Position numbers and translations under genes: made by a program | Assembly: GCA_040899905.1 (NCBI GenBank) | Contig: JBBDZX010000003.1 | Location: forward strand, 16,129-80,128 | DNA from: Anaerolineales bacterium | GTDB taxonomy: Bacteria; Chloroflexota; Anaerolineae; Anaerolineales; E44-bin32 | Length of the DNA stretch: 64,000 nucleotides | Direction: 5' to 3' | Part shown: one piece after another, positions 63,153 to 64,000 of the stretch | Layout: each line of letters starts with the position of its first letter | How positions within the stretch are numbered: position 1 is the first letter of the stretch | Notes under the pieces: generated by a model | What the model saw: only the letters and a program-made list of their open reading frames with translations | What the model was told of the DNA's origin: nothing | Database searches by the model: none

Positions 63153-64000
63153 TCAGGGCAGGAAGTTCCACGGATTCACCTTCCCGTAGACATCGTTCAT
63201 CATTTCAAAGTGAAGGTGGGAGCCACTGCAGTTCCCCGTGCACCCCATCTGCCCGATTACATTGCCGGTAAAGACCGCCTGTCCGCACGCCACATTGACT
63301 TGGCTTAGATGCGCATACAACGTCTGCCAGCCATTCCCGTGATCGACCACGATCACGTTTCCATATCCGCCATTGTTCCAGCCCGCGAAGACGATCACCC
63401 CGCTGTCGGAGGCGAAGATCGAATGCCCGGTGTCGCCAGCGAGGTCGAGCGCCGGATGAATGCTGGAGAAATCATAGCCGCCGACGTAGTGGAGCGGCGT
63501 CGGCCAGTTGAAAACGCCGGACCCGATGGGGCCGTCGTAGATCGTCCCGCAAGCGCCGGCCCCCAACAGGCGCGCCCGGGCCGGATCGGCTCGGGTGATT
63601 CGGGCCGTCCAGGCCACGGTCAGCTCGCGGCGGCCCCCAGGGATAACGAGCTCCGTGCCGGGTTCGATTGCGGGGTTGTTTGGATCGAGGGTGGGGTCGA
63701 GGTCATTTCCGGGCCAGTCGATGATGTCCTGTGGCGTCACGCCGAAGAACCGGGCCACCCCGGTCAGGCTTTCCCCGAGGATCCATTCGTGGAGTGACCC
63801 ATCGACAGGCAGGATCGTGAGCTCTTGGCCCGGGCTGATGCTGTGGGCATTGTCCTGTAGCGTCTCGTAGTTGCCCCAGAGGACGGTCTCGGCCTTGAGG
63901 CCGAAGTTCTCGGCGATTCCAAACACCGTGTCGCCGCTTTGGACAACATATTTGATAAGCTCCAGCCGGGGACGGCTCGGGACCGTGGTGTGAAGTTGCA
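63153..64000 (-). CDS. LysM-domain M23 peptidoglycan metalloendopeptidase (5' end beyond the window)
   Basis: M23 motifs HPALDL and GSHLHFEM. The frame stays open past the GTG at 63926 to the window edge. The extra residues read YVVQSGDTVFGIAENFGL, a LysM motif, so the gene is truncated by the window. Confidence 0.85.
   Translation of the reverse strand, partial: QLHTTVPSRPRLELIKYVVQSGDTVFGIAENFGLKAETVLWGNYETLQDNAHSISPGQELTILPVDGSLHEWILGESLTGVARFFGVTPQDIIDWPGNDLDPTLDPNNPAIEPGTELVIPGGRRELTVAWTARITRADPARARLLGAGACGTIYDGPIGSGVFNWPTPLHYVGGYDFSSIHPALDLAGDTGHSIFASDSGVIVFAGWNNGGYGNVIVVDHGNGWQTLYAHLSQVNVACGQAVFTGNVIGQMGCTGNCSGSHLHFEMMNDVYGKVNPWNFLP

Overview
High-GC bacterial chromosomal segment. Spot counts of 60-nt lines give about 65-70% GC. 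The gene content and the style of intergenic repeats suggest a Chloroflexota-like organism, but that is inference only. I support about 57 protein genes, 4 tRNAs (Glu-UUC, Ser-UGA, Ser-GCU, Arg-GCG), several sigma70-type promoters, several intrinsic terminators, and many short intergenic repeats.

Housekeeping genes: dnaB, a DnaD-domain gene, a DnaC/DnaI-like loader, rplS, murI, gyrA, birA, gatCAB, pfkA and dnaE.

Acyl-CoA metabolism genes interleaved with them:
- A mevalonate upper-pathway operon: class II HMG-CoA reductase plus an archaeal-type HMG-CoA synthase / thiolase / DUF35 trio.
- A HIT-thiolase-3-hydroxybutyryl-CoA dehydrogenase operon.
- An acyl-CoA dehydrogenase.
- A three-gene biotin carboxylase system followed by a methylmalonyl-CoA-mutase-type large subunit and an epimerase.
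- A second mutase large subunit with isobutyryl-CoA-mutase signature residues.

I saw no CRISPR array, transposase, integrase, prophage or recognisable defence or toxin system.

The most unusual items:
1. A helicase-loader protein with two complete tandem DnaC-type AAA+ modules behind a Cys4 motif.
2. A family of heptanucleotide tandem-repeat arrays, most of them close to the 3' end of a gene. Two distant loci share an identical 24-mer.
3. A 600-bp repeat-filled non-coding island that also holds a promoter-equipped mini membrane ORF.
4. The archaeal-style thiolase/HMGS/DUF35 operon.
5. A G34 tRNA-Arg(GCG).
6. A hydrolase / SET-domain / HEAT-like operon.

All functional calls rest on motif recognition by eye. 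No database search was run.
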